From: Felis catus
Taxonomy: Eukaryota
Direction of reading: 5' to 3'
NCBI RefSeq assembly: GCF_018350175.1
Contig: NC_058368.1
Span: 228,782,001 to 228,846,000 of the forward strand
DNA length: 64,000 nt
Shown here: positions 37,195 to 50,308 of the stretch, piece by piece
How positions within the stretch are numbered: the stretch's first letter is position 1
Layout of the letters: every line of letters starts with the position of its first letter
The notes under the pieces: model-generated
Told to the model about the DNA's origin: nothing
Databases searched by the model: none
The model's input: the letters and a program-made list of their open reading frames with translations, nothing else
Position numbers and translations under genes: made by a program

Positions 37195-37948
37195 CACTTT
37201 CTAGGGTGATAATTGATGTATAATAAACTGCATTTATTTAATGTGTGCTATTTGCTGAGTTTTGACCTATCTAGATACTGGGAAACCATCAGTATGATCA
37301 AAATAAGGTACATTTTGCTCATCCTCAAAAGTTTTCTTGTGCCCATCTGTAATATGTCTTTCCTTCCGTTCTTCTTTCTAGAAAATCACTGATCTGTTTT
37401 CTTTTAATATAGATTAGATTTTGTGTTCTAGAAGTTTATCAAAATGAGTTTACACAGTATATACTCAGTATTATATTATCCAACTTCTTTCACTCAGAGT
37501 AATTATTTTGAGAGCTCTCTAGACTGTTGCATATCACAGTTTTACATTTTAACCATTTTAATGAATAGAAAGTGGTTTCAAGTTGTGACTTTAATTTTAA
37601 ATGACCTTAAATGTGTAGAACATTTCATTGTGTTTACTGGCAATTCATATATCTTCTTAGGTGACCTGTCTGCCCAGATCTTTTTGACCATTTATATCAG
37701 ATTGTTTTATTATTATCACTGTTTCAAGAGTTCTTTATATTTCAAGAAAGTTGCTTCCTGTGTGTGGTCCACCTTTTAATTTCTTGAATTTTAGTTATAA
37801 AAAATCCAATTTATGTTTTTGTTTATTCTTATAATTTGCTTATCTCGTGTTTTAGCAAAGAAATCTTTCCATGTTCAAATGTTTTCACTCATGTTTTTAT
37901 AATTTTCTGTTTTTAGGTTTTACATTTAGGTGTGTGATTCATTCCAAC

Positions 37949-37986
<38 letters not shown>

Positions 37987-38920
37987 ATGTGTTAATGCTT
38001 GATGATTATTGTTTTCCATAGGAACAATCAGTTGGATTTACACAATTTTTGAAAAAAAACATTTATTTCCTGAATGGCGTTGACACTTGTTGAAAATCAA
38101 GTGGGCCCATACATTAAGTTAGTCTAGAACTCTTTATGATTTTTAGTAAACTCTTTGTAATTTTTAGCATAAAATCCAACTGGAATTTGATTTAGATTGT
38201 GTTTAACCTATATCTGAATTTATGGGTAATTGGCATCTTAAAAAAATACTGGTTCTTCTGATATATTAATAAGTATATATCATAATTACCCATGCCTTTT
38301 TTCATTTGTCCTTGTACAGTTTTGTAAATTTCACTGTAAAGATACTGTACATGGTATGTTAGATTCACTCTACAGTATCCCATAGATTTTTGAGCATAGC
38401 TTTTTGAGCAAATGGATTTTTAGAATTTATTTTTTGCTAATTATCCAGTACTAATATATAAGAACAAAATTGATTTTTGTACAACTTTATATCCTTGCTA
38501 AATTATTTTCTTTCTAGAACTGATTTGTAGATTTCTGGAGTATTCTATGAAATTATATTATATCAAATTAGAGAAAGTTCTATTTCATCATGAATTGTAT
38601 GGATTTTGTTTTAATTTCTTTCATTATAATGGCTAGAATGACCAATAAAATCCTGTATAGAAATGGTTAAATTTGGCATATGTGCCTTTTTTTTTAGATA
38701 TAGTAGAAGGAAACAATTTAATGTTTCATCATTATACATTGTTAGTGGTTGAATTTTCATAAATGTTTTTTATCAGCTTGAGTATATTTCTTATTATCTT
38801 AGTTTGCTTAGCGTTTAAAAAATCATGAATGGGTATTAAATTAAACTTTTATTGTTCTGTTAATATGATAAATGCATTTATTGATTTTTGAACATTAAGT
38901 AACTTTGCATTCCTGAGGGT
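37195..38920 (-). mobile_element. Old L1 (L1MB/L1ME-like) 3'UTR plus ORF2 fragments, containing (TG)n at 37950-37985
   Basis: ataataaactgcatttatttaatgtg...gaaaccatcagtatgatcaaaata...aaatcactgatctgttttc...ttgttgaaaatcaagtggg. Confidence 0.8.
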
Positions 38921-39032
38921 CAATCTCCGGCAGTAAAAGAAACTTCCTAGTGAATTATATGATTTTGTACCCTAAGGGCAAAGAGCAATGAAGAAACACC
39001 TACTCAAGGAAATCTATGAAAATTCAGGAGGA

Positions 39033-39229
39033 GGGACGCCTGGGTGGTTCAGTGGGTTAAGTGGCAGACTTTGGCTGAGGTCATGCTGCCATGGTCCATG
39101 GAGTCGAGCCCCGCGTTTGGCTCTGTGTTGACAGCTCAGAGCCTGCGTGGGATTCTGTGTCTCCCTCTTTCTCTGCACCTCCCCCATTCACACTCTGTCT
39201 TTTTTTCTCTCTCAAAAATAAATAAATAT
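39033..39229 (+). mobile_element. CanSINE whose tail is split by a younger SINE
   Basis: Head gggacgcctgggtggttcag. The A-rich tail resumes after 39485. Confidence 0.94.
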
Positions 39230-39244
39230 TAAAAACAAATTTTT

Positions 39245-39470
39245 TTTTTCAAAAAAAATTTTTTTTCAACGTTTATTTATTTTTTGGGACAGAGGGAGAC
39301 AGAGCGTGAACGGGGGAGGGGCAGAGAGAGAGGGAGACACAGATTCGGAAACAGGCTCCAGGCTCTGAGCCATCAGCCCAGAGCCTGACGCGGGGCTCGA
39401 ACTCATGGGCCGCGGGATCGTGACCTGGCTGAAGTCGGACGCTTAACCGACTGCGCCACCCAGGCGCCCC
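39245..39470 (-). mobile_element. Young feline SINE (SINEC_Fc type) inserted in the tail of the preceding SINE
   Basis: TSD taaaaacaaattttt at 39230-39244 and 39471-39485. Confidence 0.97.
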
Positions 39471-40639
39471 TAAAAACAAATTTTTAAAAAAAGACAAATT
39501 TCTTTATAAAAAAAGAAAAGACAATTCAGTAGGAAAGGTTAGGGAACAGAAGAGTTGGGAGGGGCCCACATAGAGTCCAGAAATATGAACACAGACCTTA
39601 CACACAATTCCTTCAAAGAAACAAATTTAGGGCCTAGCTTAAAACAAAAGAGCAATCGGCAGGCCATTAGTGCAGTGTCACAGCTTTGTAGAGTCAAGAG
39701 GAGAAGGAGACCTGTACCACTGTCATCCCAGGATGATTGTGCCAACAGTCAAAGTCCTGCCTCCCTGAGGAGCAACATCCAAGGCTTCACATGCAGCCTG
39801 GAGTCACAGAAATAATCCAAACCGTCATTAAAAACTACAAAAAGGAAATAACCATAAGCCCTGGAAGAAAGGGTACCTGTACCCAGATTTTCCATAAAGC
39901 ATTGCCTAAAATGTCAGGTTCCCATTAAAAAAAAAAGCCCAAAACCCCCACAAAAACAACAACAAAAACAACAACCAAACCAAAACAAAACAACAACAAC
40001 AAAAAGCTGTCATGGGGCCTTCAAAGAAATAGGAAAGTATGGCCCACACGCCAGAAAAAAGGGGCAGGAGATACAACCTCTCTATGAGAGTGCCCGGATG
40101 TTAGATTTAAAAATATTAACTCTAAGTAGGCTCTGAAAAGTTAGGCATGTATATTGTAATTTTGGGCACAATTACTGAAAACTAATAGAAAGAATTTTGG
40201 CCAAAAAACAAGTTGTAGGTGATATAAAATAGCCTATTAATATATTAAAATAATGACAAAAAAAGGAAGGAAAGAAAAACAACGGAATAAAAATGAGAAC
40301 ATGATACGTAGTAAAAGTAAAAGATTGACTCCATCTTTTCCATAGTTTATTAAAGGTTAATATTATAAGCCTCTGTTTGCAAGGCACCTAGCGACATAAG
40401 TGACTCAAAGTGAAGCTCAGCTACATGGCGTCAACAGAAGGTACAGTTTTAATGTAAATGTAGCTATGAAAGTAAATGAATAAAAACGATAACACATTCA
40501 AATAGTATGTATGATATTAGTCAAACAGAACTTAAAAGAGAGCGTATCACTAGAGAGATAAAGGGATGTCTTATAATGATCGAAGGGACTGATTTTAGAC
40601 CAGACTGATACATGCGGTTCAGTTCAGGTATTTAACATT

Positions 40640-41115
40640 TGTGGTACAGGTTTGGGTCTGCGTGCCCATGTAAAAGCCAAGCTGAGAATTGTGTCTGTTC
40701 ACATCAGAATTACTGGATTTCCTTCTTGGGCTCTCTTCTCTCCAAAATTCCCTGCTCACCTATCTGTCACTGTGCCTTCTTTCCCTAGTTTCTATGTCCA
40801 GAAAGAAGGCAAGTTTCTATCAAAGTTTTAACAGCTCATCTGGTGCCCTGCTCCATACCCAGAGTCCATTCTTGGGGGCAATGTCCGAAGAGCAAAAAGG
40901 CACAAAGGAGAAATAAAAGGGGACCCTCATTTCCTTGTTAGCCTTTCCTCTAAGTATTGGTCATCTTCCAAATGTTTCCTACATGCATTTGATTTTCAGA
41001 GTCACCAGTACTTTGTGTGTTTGTTTTTCTGCAGATATGAGAGTGATAGCCAGCATTGCAGATAAACTGCAGTTTAATGCCAGAGGTTAATGCCAGCAAA
41101 GTGGAAATGGAACTC
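40640..41115 (-). mobile_element. Probable ancient L1ME-type 5' end
   Basis: gtttctatcaaagttttaacagc...gtttgtttttctgcagatatg...gtggaaatggaactc resembles antisense L1ME 5' termini. Confidence 0.45.
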
Positions 41116-42163
41116 ATGAGTTTTGCTTTATAAATGCAACTTGGAGTTTATTTAGAGATGAAAATTAGATTCATTGTCCCATTTGCTAAATTAGACAGGG
41201 ATATGGGGATCAATTTTAGTTACTGAATTTTGAATGCAACTATGGAATTGTCAGATTATTCTAGGTAAATTTAAACTTGATGTCATTATTCCTAGTTGTG
41301 ATACATTGAGTGTAATTCATATTGATGTCATCTTGTGGGTATATTCAGTATTAGTATAAGCCAAACAAAAAATAGTACGCAGTGAGCAGCTCATGATAGA
41401 ATAATAAAGAAGGATATTTGGGAACATGATTTCTTACGAAGCCACAGTGATGCAGTGCAATTTTCATATCAACAGAGCTCACGATCTTTGGGAAAACCTG
41501 GCATAAAACCAAACTGCTCTATAATCAAAATGATTTTTTCAAAGGTTTCCGAAGAGACTCAGACTTGAAATAACTTGCCTTTCTGAATGATAAAGTTGTT
41601 TTTAGTATTAGTGACATTGCCTTCACCTTAAATTTCTGCCCTTAGCAGAAGAAAACTCAATCATTAAATTGTCAATAAAATGCGTCCAGGTGACACTAAT
41701 TTCTCAAAAGCTGTCTAAGTTAAAAGCTCAGACAAGAGCTTCCCCTTCCCCCCATTTAAATCTGACAGCACATTAAACTTTGCTTTTTAATATGGCACAT
41801 GATTTACATATGACAATTTTGAATACTTGGGTATTCAATTTTGAATACTTTGAATACTTCGCTCCAACTGGGGGATGAAAACTTTCTTTGCTTTTATATC
41901 TAAGACTCTGGTCACTTTTGACCTGATGAGAATTCAGACTTCAGTGATAAGGTGGTAAATCAATCAAGTCTGCTTTAGGTTTGCATTATATACACTGTAC
42001 TCTTAGCAAGTATTCTATAAAAAATAAAATAAAATAGTAAGAATGAGCATCACAAGTCTTGAGCGACAGAAGTCACCCCAAAGGAGCTGGTCTTTCCTCC
42101 GTTATGATGTTTTCCATGTACATCCCACATCAAAAACAAGAAAGAAAAAAAAAACACTCAGGA

Positions 42164-42359
42164 GGGGCGCCTGGGTGGCTGGGTCGGTTAAGCTGTCTAC
42201 TGTTGACTTCTGCTGGGGTTCATGAGATCAAGCTCCATGTCAGGCTCTGTACTAACAGCCCCGAGCCTACTTGGGATTTTCTTTTCTCCTCTCTCCTTGC
42301 CTCTCAGCCCTGCTTGTGCCCATGTGTACACACGTGCACTAGCTTTCTCTCACTCGTTC

Positions 42360-42396
<37 letters not shown>
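42164..42396 (+). mobile_element. CanSINE with an (AAAT)n tail
   Basis: TSD aaacactcagg at 42152-42162 and 42397-42407. Confidence 0.95.
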
Positions 42397-42398
<2 letters not shown>

Positions 42399-43055
42399 AC
42401 ACTCAGGGGGAAAATGTCTGTGAACATCTGGACTTCAAATCAGTGATTCCACAAATCTTGACCTTCTGTCTCCCACTTTTTAATTGTCGCCTCCTTGGTT
42501 TTCCCTGCTGTTTGGCTCTATACTTGATCTTTCCTCTTTGTCTAGACCACTTCTACCAGAAACAAGATCCAGATACTTTATTTCTACTCTTACATTACAC
42601 CCCTTGAGGCAGGTTTTATATCCATGGTTTTGCACATTATGGATGTGGTTAAAATGCGTTCGTTTGTTCCCTATGTGATGTCCATTGTTCTGTAAAGTCT
42701 GGAATGGAATGATGTATTGGCACAGCTAGGTTAATAGTATTAATGTTTGGATTTCTAATTTCAGCTTCAACTGTAAACAGCTTGTAACTCTTCACTCCCA
42801 TGATTACAATAAGCAAAGTTTGGACAAATGCAAACGCAATAACTTAGATCCATCAAAAACTCAGTTTGGGGGAAACTGCTACCTGTTACTCTGGAGAGAC
42901 AGGCTTATATAGGGAGACATCATGAGGTCTGTTTGACGGCAAGAGAAGCTACTGAATCCATTAACTGGAAGAAACAAGGAAATGGTAACTTTGATAAGCA
43001 GCTTGAGAGACAGTGTGGATTAACATGAATGTGAGAAATAACTGGGAACGGCATT

Positions 43056-43269
43056 CTTTTTTTTTAAGTTTATTTTTATTTTGAGAGAGAGAGAGGGAGC
43101 ATGACAGGGGAGGGGCAGAGAGAGAGGGAGAGTGAGAGATAATCCAAAGCATGCTCTGCACTGTCAGCACAGAGCCCCATGTGGGACTTGAACTCATGAA
43201 ATGTGAGGTCATGATCTGAGCCAAAATCAAGAGTCAGGTGCTTAACTGACTGAGCCGTCCAGGAGCCCC
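43056..43269 (-). mobile_element. CanSINE
   Basis: Diverged TSD tgggaacggcatt / tgggaactgcctt. Confidence 0.95.
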
Positions 43270-43654
43270 ATGGGAACTGCCTTATTAAGGGGGGGGGGCA
43301 CACCTCTGCGGACTTTCCCTGCAGGGAGCTTGTAAGTTTCTCACTGACAATATCTGAGAACAATCCCTTAGTGTACCTGGAAGGGGCAGGAGAAGACAAA
43401 AATTGTGAAATAGCTTCGGAGCCTTCTCCATAATCGAGGCCTAAACTCGGAAGGGAAAGATTTGGCAGGGTTTTATTTTACTTGTAAGAAAGGCATTCCT
43501 CTTTCTCTAGCCCTATCTAGCATTTTTGTCTTACCTAAGGCAGGGGGAAAACACTGCCACCACCCTCAAGAAAAATCAAAGCAAATTTAACAGGTGAAAG
43601 AGCTTCAAAGAGATAGATTGGGAATGATGATATCAGGGAAAGAAGTGGAGGGTA

Positions 43655-43851
43655 GGAGCCCCTGTGCTCAGTTGGTTGAGCCCCTGGCTTCAGCTCAGGT
43701 CATGATCTCACAGTTTGTGAGTTTGAGCCCCACATCAGGCTCATTGCTGTCAGTGCAGAGCCTGCTTCAGATCCTCTGCCTACCCTTCTCTCCCTCCCCT
43801 TCTCATGCTCTATCTCTCTCTCAAAAATGAATAAACCTGTAAAAAAAAAAA
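43655..43851 (+). mobile_element. CanSINE
   Basis: gctcagttggttgag...tcaggtcatgatctcac...A tail. Confidence 0.93.
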
Positions 43852-46800
43852 TAGAGGGAAGAAGAAGGGGCTATAATACTGGAAGACACATAAGAAGGAA
43901 GGTCACCACTCTAAGACACCAGTCCACTAAAAGTCCACACCAGCCCTCCACAGCAGGTCAGATACAAGTTATTGGCCAAGCCACGGGCCAAAAACTCTTG
44001 GGTTAGCTGCTGTCACCAGTTCATGACAGATATCTGATGAGACAGTCACGTGGCACATAACATGGCTGCCTAAGGGATGCTTGCTCAATAGGGGAAGTTA
44101 GCATGTCCTATCTGCTGTTGAAGATAGGGACAGTGCTTTGTTTATCACAGTATGTCAAGTAATGTTCACAGTACGTGCTCATTAAATACTTCTTGAGTGA
44201 AGGAATAAAGGACAATGTAATAAAATTGCGAACTGCATGAGAAGTCAAGAGGAGCTGGTAAATCCACCATGACACCCTATTGATACCTGGGTGAGGAAGA
44301 GGAATGAGATTCATACTCAACCACTTGCTCTATGGCTTTAAATGGTGGGGATTGCCATAAATGCCATGATCTTAAGGAGATACCCAAGGTAACTGTATTC
44401 AAGTTGCGGTTCCTGGTTTTCTAAAATACCATATATTAGTAGATGACTAACACAAATTATAGGAAGGAATAAGCAGTAACGAGTTATGAAGACCATCACT
44501 CCACCACTGGGCCCCCACCACCAACAGCTAAAACCACAACTATTATAGTAACATTTACATGGCGCATTTATTTCTACCCACAGTAGCCATAAAACCTCGC
44601 ATGTAAATGTTATACAAATGTTCACATTCATGTATGTGCTGTTTGAATGGCTATTAGTTTCTTTATTCTCCCTGTGTGAACTGAGGATAAGTCATATAAA
44701 ACTAGCTACTTTTATTTCTTTTATCAAATCTTGGTAACAAATATGTAATTATGATATCATAGGGAATAAGTAGCCTCTTCTTCCTGGACTTTTTTTTTTT
44801 CTAAAAATGTCAACAGCCTGAATAAGCAACAGAGCCATCTGCACGTTTTCGTAGTATAATATCGTAGAAAGCATAGTATCTAATTAATGAATCTTCAATA
44901 TGTGCAATATTCCTGAGATACTCAAAATGCACAGAAAGGTTATAGCCTATGTATCACCTGATACTTGAAAAGATAAAATTAAATAAAGTGAGTGGAGGAG
45001 GAGGGGTGTATTTCTAGTTTCCATGATCCACCATTTTTCTGGTTGTATCTTTATTCTTGTGCTTCTGTCTCAGATTTCTTCATTTAGAACCCTCTCTCCA
45101 CTCTGTGGGCTGCACTTGTGCCGTTTTTGAAGTTCTGATCAAAAGTTTTATTCTCAATGCACACCTACATGTAGTTTTTTTTTCTGGGGACACACTAGGA
45201 CTTAGCAGGGCAAGACTGCCTCATCTACCTAGTGATTCCACAAGTCTGCAGGACTATTGGGAATAAGAAGAAAAATAAAACAAAAAGAATCCCCCCCCCC
45301 CAGAAAACTCACCACTCAATGCACCCTCCGCTCAGCCGGCACGGAAGTTTCATTCTGCATTCTCCAGGGACTTAGCATTTCATGTTCCTTAGTAAAGCAT
45401 TTTCTGCACTCTCTACAATTCGTTGTCCAAATTTCCAGAACAAAAACTCAGAAGACACAGAGATGCTCCAAAGATTTAGGGAGCTACAGCGAAATATAAA
45501 TTTATAACAACTCTCTTCATAAATAATTAAATTCATGACTTATTTACTTTGTGTGCAGATAATGGTTTAATTTATTTAGACAGTTTAAAATTAAACCTTC
45601 TCATTCATTTTAATTTCAAAGATGAAAAGAAAAATCCCCCACCCCACTTTTTCGCCGACCATATACAATACATCTTCTTTCCGGCTATTTCTTCCATGTG
45701 CCAATATGATTTCCCCTTTATTTTTCATTCTTTGATTTGGTCTACTTAGCAGCCATCATTCCCTGTGTCTATTTTCCTGGTTTCTTGGAAGACTGCACTC
45801 GTTTCTAGCAAGTCGTATTTGTCAAACCCTAAATGCATTTACTCTTTCATTCTCTTAAACCTTTTCCTTCTTCCCAATATCCCCTGTTACTCAATTCTTT
45901 GTTTCCCTTTTTTTTTTTTTTTGCAACCCGTCAGTACCATTGTTGTCAACTCTGCCCACAGAGTACAAGATCCAGAAATGACAAGTTGCATTGCAGTTTG
46001 CATGAGCTGCTTTCAAGACTCGCTAAAAACATGACAGGTTGCCTTGTGCTGTCACAAGTATTGTATTAATATTTCTTCTCATTAATTTCGTATTGGTTTG
46101 CAGAAGAGTTTCTCTTCATCTGGGGACCGAGTCCATGTTTATATCCTATAGTCAAACCATGGAAATTACCAACGGTCCTGGTTCAACAGTTAACTAGGTC
46201 CTGAGTATATTAGTCCATAATGGTTAGTCTTGCAGTCTGGATCCCCACACAAATAATAACTCAGAAAAGTGACACGTTATTTTTTCAAGCTGTGCAATAA
46301 TTCCATCAGGATTCCTAAGCATTTTAAAGCTATAGGTAAGGTCAACTGATTATTGTCAGTCTCCCTCTCCCTCCACCCTAACTCAGGAATTTGTACATAG
46401 AACATATAGGAGATGGCAATTTTATTACATGGTTTCCTTTAGCTCCTGCTTGAAGACAAAATGCATACCAAGTTTTTTTTCTGGGGTGTATGTACAGAAG
46501 GATCTTTTGATATCATAGCATAGGATAGGACAGAATAGGATACACTTTCTAATGTTTGTAACTGGGATTATGTAAGAGCTTGAACATTGACACTTCATAA
46601 CGAGTAAATTGGAAAAACCAACGAACAATCTTACAGGATTAGGTTGATAGTTAAGTCAGGGATCATGCTGATGGTAGCAGAGGGAATAATATTACACATC
46701 TTGAAGCATTGAGGAAACCTTGGTCCAATTCAGGCATCCTCACTGCAACAGCGTTGGGAGCACTGGCTGTTGCAGCAACTGACCATGAAGCCTCTTCTGG

Positions 46801-48369
46801 AAGTGGGGAAATACTCTTCAAGTGCTCTTAAAATTACTGTGGGCCCCAAACTCCAAATCAGTGCAACAACTTTTCATTCTCACCCACGAAGCCAAGAAAG
46901 TTGCCCTCAAAGGCTGATAATACATCTGACCTTATTTTATATGCTGTAAAATTATGCAACTTTTGGAGAAATTTTCAAAGTAAATTGATTTACATTCCAC
47001 AGCCAATTATAGATACCCTATTGTGTTCGTTGCCACTTTATTTTGCGTCTAATTGCTTCCTATCTGGTTCCTCCTCTTGGTTCTGAACTAAAGGCAAGAA
47101 TCTGGAACAGGATTTGGTAACTGGTACTTGTACAATAGCTATTTGCTAAATGTAATCATATTTATTTTTAATGTAATTCTGGGTTTTTTAATGTTCAATT
47201 TCAAAGGCTTTTAGTGTAGAATTCTTTTAGAAAAGAGATTTTTTTAGACCACTATTGTTTCCATGAGAAGCGTGTATTTATTGGAACATCAAAATTGATT
47301 TATAGATTAAGGGCTGCTTTGGATCCTCTATGCCCCCAGGATTTGTGTTTATGAAATTCATTTAGAATGCTGTGTGAAGTTCATACCTCCTGGTCCCAAA
47401 GTTACTGCAACATGGGTACAAAATGTCAGCCTGTAAATGTATTATTTTGAGGCAGAAGCAATAAAAGCCACAGAAGTCCAAAACCCTTTTATAATGTTCT
47501 AATTGTATCAGAATACTGTTAATATATCTAGGCCTGTTCACTTTCAAAATGCAAGACTGCTGCTACAGACATGTGCTATTAAATGTTAAAATCCAGGGTT
47601 CCTTTCTCATCACTCACAAATTTCATTTGTGCAGTTTTTATTTCTCCTTTAAAAGCATAAGTTATAATTTTCTTCATTTTTGTGTTTCCAAGACATCTTA
47701 ACAGGGGCATCTGCTGTTTTTGTACAGGCCATTTGCCATGAAATTTGGAGAGAACAAAATAAATTGGTCATTTTTTTTTTTTCCCTTAGAGCACCAACTG
47801 GCTTGTGGTTCCTACTGTGCCAAACTAGAAAACATCTTCCCTCGGTTGTGTTCCTGGGTTATGTTCCCTGGGTTGTGTTCTCCACCCCCTGGTTTTAGTG
47901 AAGATATATTTTGACTCAGAAGATCAATAATGAAGTAGATTCCTCTTTACAATAGAATTATATAGATTGCTAGAACACTGGGGGCCATGCCTGTTTTAAA
48001 ATAAAATGTTTATTTTCAGAATTTGAAAAGTTCATTGATTTCTTTAAGACTGTACCTCAAATTCACAAGACAAGCTACTACTTGAAGGTTTTTTTTGTAG
48101 AACCTTCGAAACTGTTCAACAGTGCACCTTGTCACAGCTCTAACAGCAAGATCATCAGTGAACTTAATTGCTAAGTACAGTCAATATTTTTATTCCTGTA
48201 TTACATGTCACTTTGGATGGCTTTTGCATCACTAGCCCACCATTCTCTTGTTCTGGAGAAATTCAGTTCTCTTGGATATTCTGGCCTTCTACTCCCTGCT
48301 TACCATTCTTCCTTTCTGGTGGGTCCATTTCTATTCCATTCCCAGTCTCCTCTTTTTCTGCCAATATTT

Positions 48370-49040
48370 TTTCCCAGCTCTGTTAAAATATAATTTACAT
48401 GTAGCGATGTGCAAGTTTAAGATGTGTAATGTGATTATATATGTATATATATAAATTTATTTATATATTTTACATATTATATAAAACTATAAACATATTC
48501 TATCTATCATCTATCTATCTTCTATCTATATATTTTAGGGGCGCCTGGGTGGCGCAGTCGGTTAAGCGTCCGACTTCAGCCAGGTCACGATCTCGCCGTT
48601 CGTGAGTTCGAGCCCCGCGTCAGGCTCTGGGCTGATGGCTCGGAGCCTGGAGCCTGTTTCTGATTCTGTGTCTCCCTCTCTCTCTGCCCCTCCCCCGTTC
48701 ATGCTCTGTCTCTCTCCCAAAAATAAATAAAAAAACGTTGAAAAAAAATAAAATATATATTTTATACAGTGAAATATTCACCTCAATAAGGTTAGTTAAT
48801 GCATGCATCACCTCACATAATTACTTTTTTTTGTACTGAGAACATTTAGGATCTACTCTTTAGCAACTTTCAAGTATACGATGCAGTATTGTTAACTATG
48901 TTCATCATGCTATACGTTGAATCCTTAGAATGTTGTCATCCTTTAAATGGAAGTTTGTGTACTTTGACCAACATGACATTTTCCCCACCCCGCAGTCCCT
49001 GGAACTAACACTCTCCTTTCTCTTTCTGTTAGTTTGGTTT
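48370..49040 (-). mobile_element. L1MA9/carnivore L1 3' end, interrupted by a SINE
   Basis: tgagaacatttaggatctactctttagcaactttcaagtatac...ggaagtttgtgtactttgacc. Confidence 0.88.
48538..48753 (+). mobile_element. Young feline SINE (SINEC_Fc type)
   Basis: Near consensus. TSD tatatatttta at 48527-48537 and 48754-48764. Confidence 0.97.
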
Positions 49041-49155
49041 TTCTAACCGTTCATTTTCCATCCAGGTTTGAATCTCAGGCCATTTTATTGTTATTCTAGG
49101 GCTTATCTCTGATTGATATCACCTATTCTCATGATTCAATTACTGTCTCTTAAGG

Positions 49156-49410
49156 AGCAGTATATAATGCTGTGTTTCAGACCTTAGGCCCTGCTACAAA
49201 GTGCCTGAGTTCAAATCTTAGCACCACTAATTATGGGATTTGTGGGCTTAGGCAATGAACTTAACTCTTTGTGTCTCGGTTTAATCCTCTGACATGAGAA
49301 TCCAATATTAATCCACCTCATTTTGCTGTCACAGAGATTAAATTGTACATATGACAATGCACATATATGGGGCACTTAGAACAGTACTTGGTATGTAGCA
49401 ATTGTTCCTT
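49156..49410 (+). mobile_element. MIR, near full length
   Basis: gcctgagttcaaatcttagcaccact...ttaggcaatgaacttaactctttgtgtctcggttt...gcacttagaacagtacttggtatgtag. Confidence 0.85.
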
Positions 49411-49419
49411 GTAGGCATT

Positions 49420-49723
49420 TATATCATAGCTACACTTCTAGCTCCATGAACTCCATATTTAGCTCAAATAATTTTCTAGGAGTCCAGACCATTGTATATA
49501 GCTACTTACAAATGTTCATTCTGTAATGTTATATGGGAATATCAAGTTCAGTGTGTCCATATATTTAATTCATCAGTGTCCTTTACATTTTTCCCTCATA
49601 TCTATCTCTACAAGTAAAAATATTATTTTCTCTTTTCCTTTCTCTTCTTTTCCTTTTTGTTTCTTCCTTCCTTTCTCTCTTTCTTCCTTTCTTCCTTCCA
49701 ACCTTTCTTCCTTCCTTTCTTCC

Positions 49724-49770
<47 letters not shown>

Positions 49771-50260
49771 CTTTCTTTCTTGTCTTGTGTTTCCTCCCCT
49801 TGTTTCTAATTACCAAATAATGAAAGTCATTTGATACAAATGCCCTAGTACTTCTTAAGATCTCTATTTTTAATCATCCCTTCAGCTACCACCATCATTT
49901 ATGTCATCATTAAAACTCAACTTTATTATGTGAGGACTCTTCTAACTTTCTCATTTGCCTCCATTCTTTTCCCTTTTCCATCTATCACCTAAAGCAGAAT
50001 GATTTTTCTCAGCTGTAAAAGAATTCCTGTCACTCTTAAGGTTCATGCTAGCCAAAACTCTAATGATAAAGAGTAAACTTCTTCATCTGGAGAGGACACT
50101 GAAATGCAAATAAATTCTTATTGTGATTTATTTTATTCTTCCCAGTTATATACATTCATTGATTCAAGACTTTATTTTATTATTCTTTTATAATAGACAT
50201 TCTGCTTATTTTTTTTTCTGCTAATGCATTGTCTAGAAATTCTGCAACATGTTACATAAT
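49420..50260 (+). mobile_element. L2 fragment
   Basis: gagtccagacc...atcaagttcagtgtgtcc...ctcttctaactttctcatttgcctccattctttt...gcagaatgatttttc pattern. Confidence 0.6.
49628..49780. repeat. Polypyrimidine (CTTT)n/(CCTT)n microsatellite
   Basis: Directly visible. Confidence 0.95.
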
Positions 50261-50308
50261 GATGACAATGGCCTGGGGAAGTGTTTCTTATCTCTTTTGT
50301 TACTTATA

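Larger units (their letters stand above)
38930..40600 (+). mobile_element. Old L1 5'UTR/ORF1-proximal fragments (L1MC/L1MD-type 5' end), interrupted by two SINEs
   Basis: taaaatgtcaggttcccattaaaa...caaagaaataggaaagtatggcccacac...cccggatgttagattta resembles an L1M 5' end just before ORF1. Confidence 0.6.
42765..43930 (+). mobile_element. L1MC-type 5'UTR fragment, interrupted by two SINEs
   Basis: tcactcccatgattacaataagcaaagtttggacaaatg...gatccatcaaaaactc...tctggagagacaggc matches the remembered L1MC 5' end. Confidence 0.65.
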
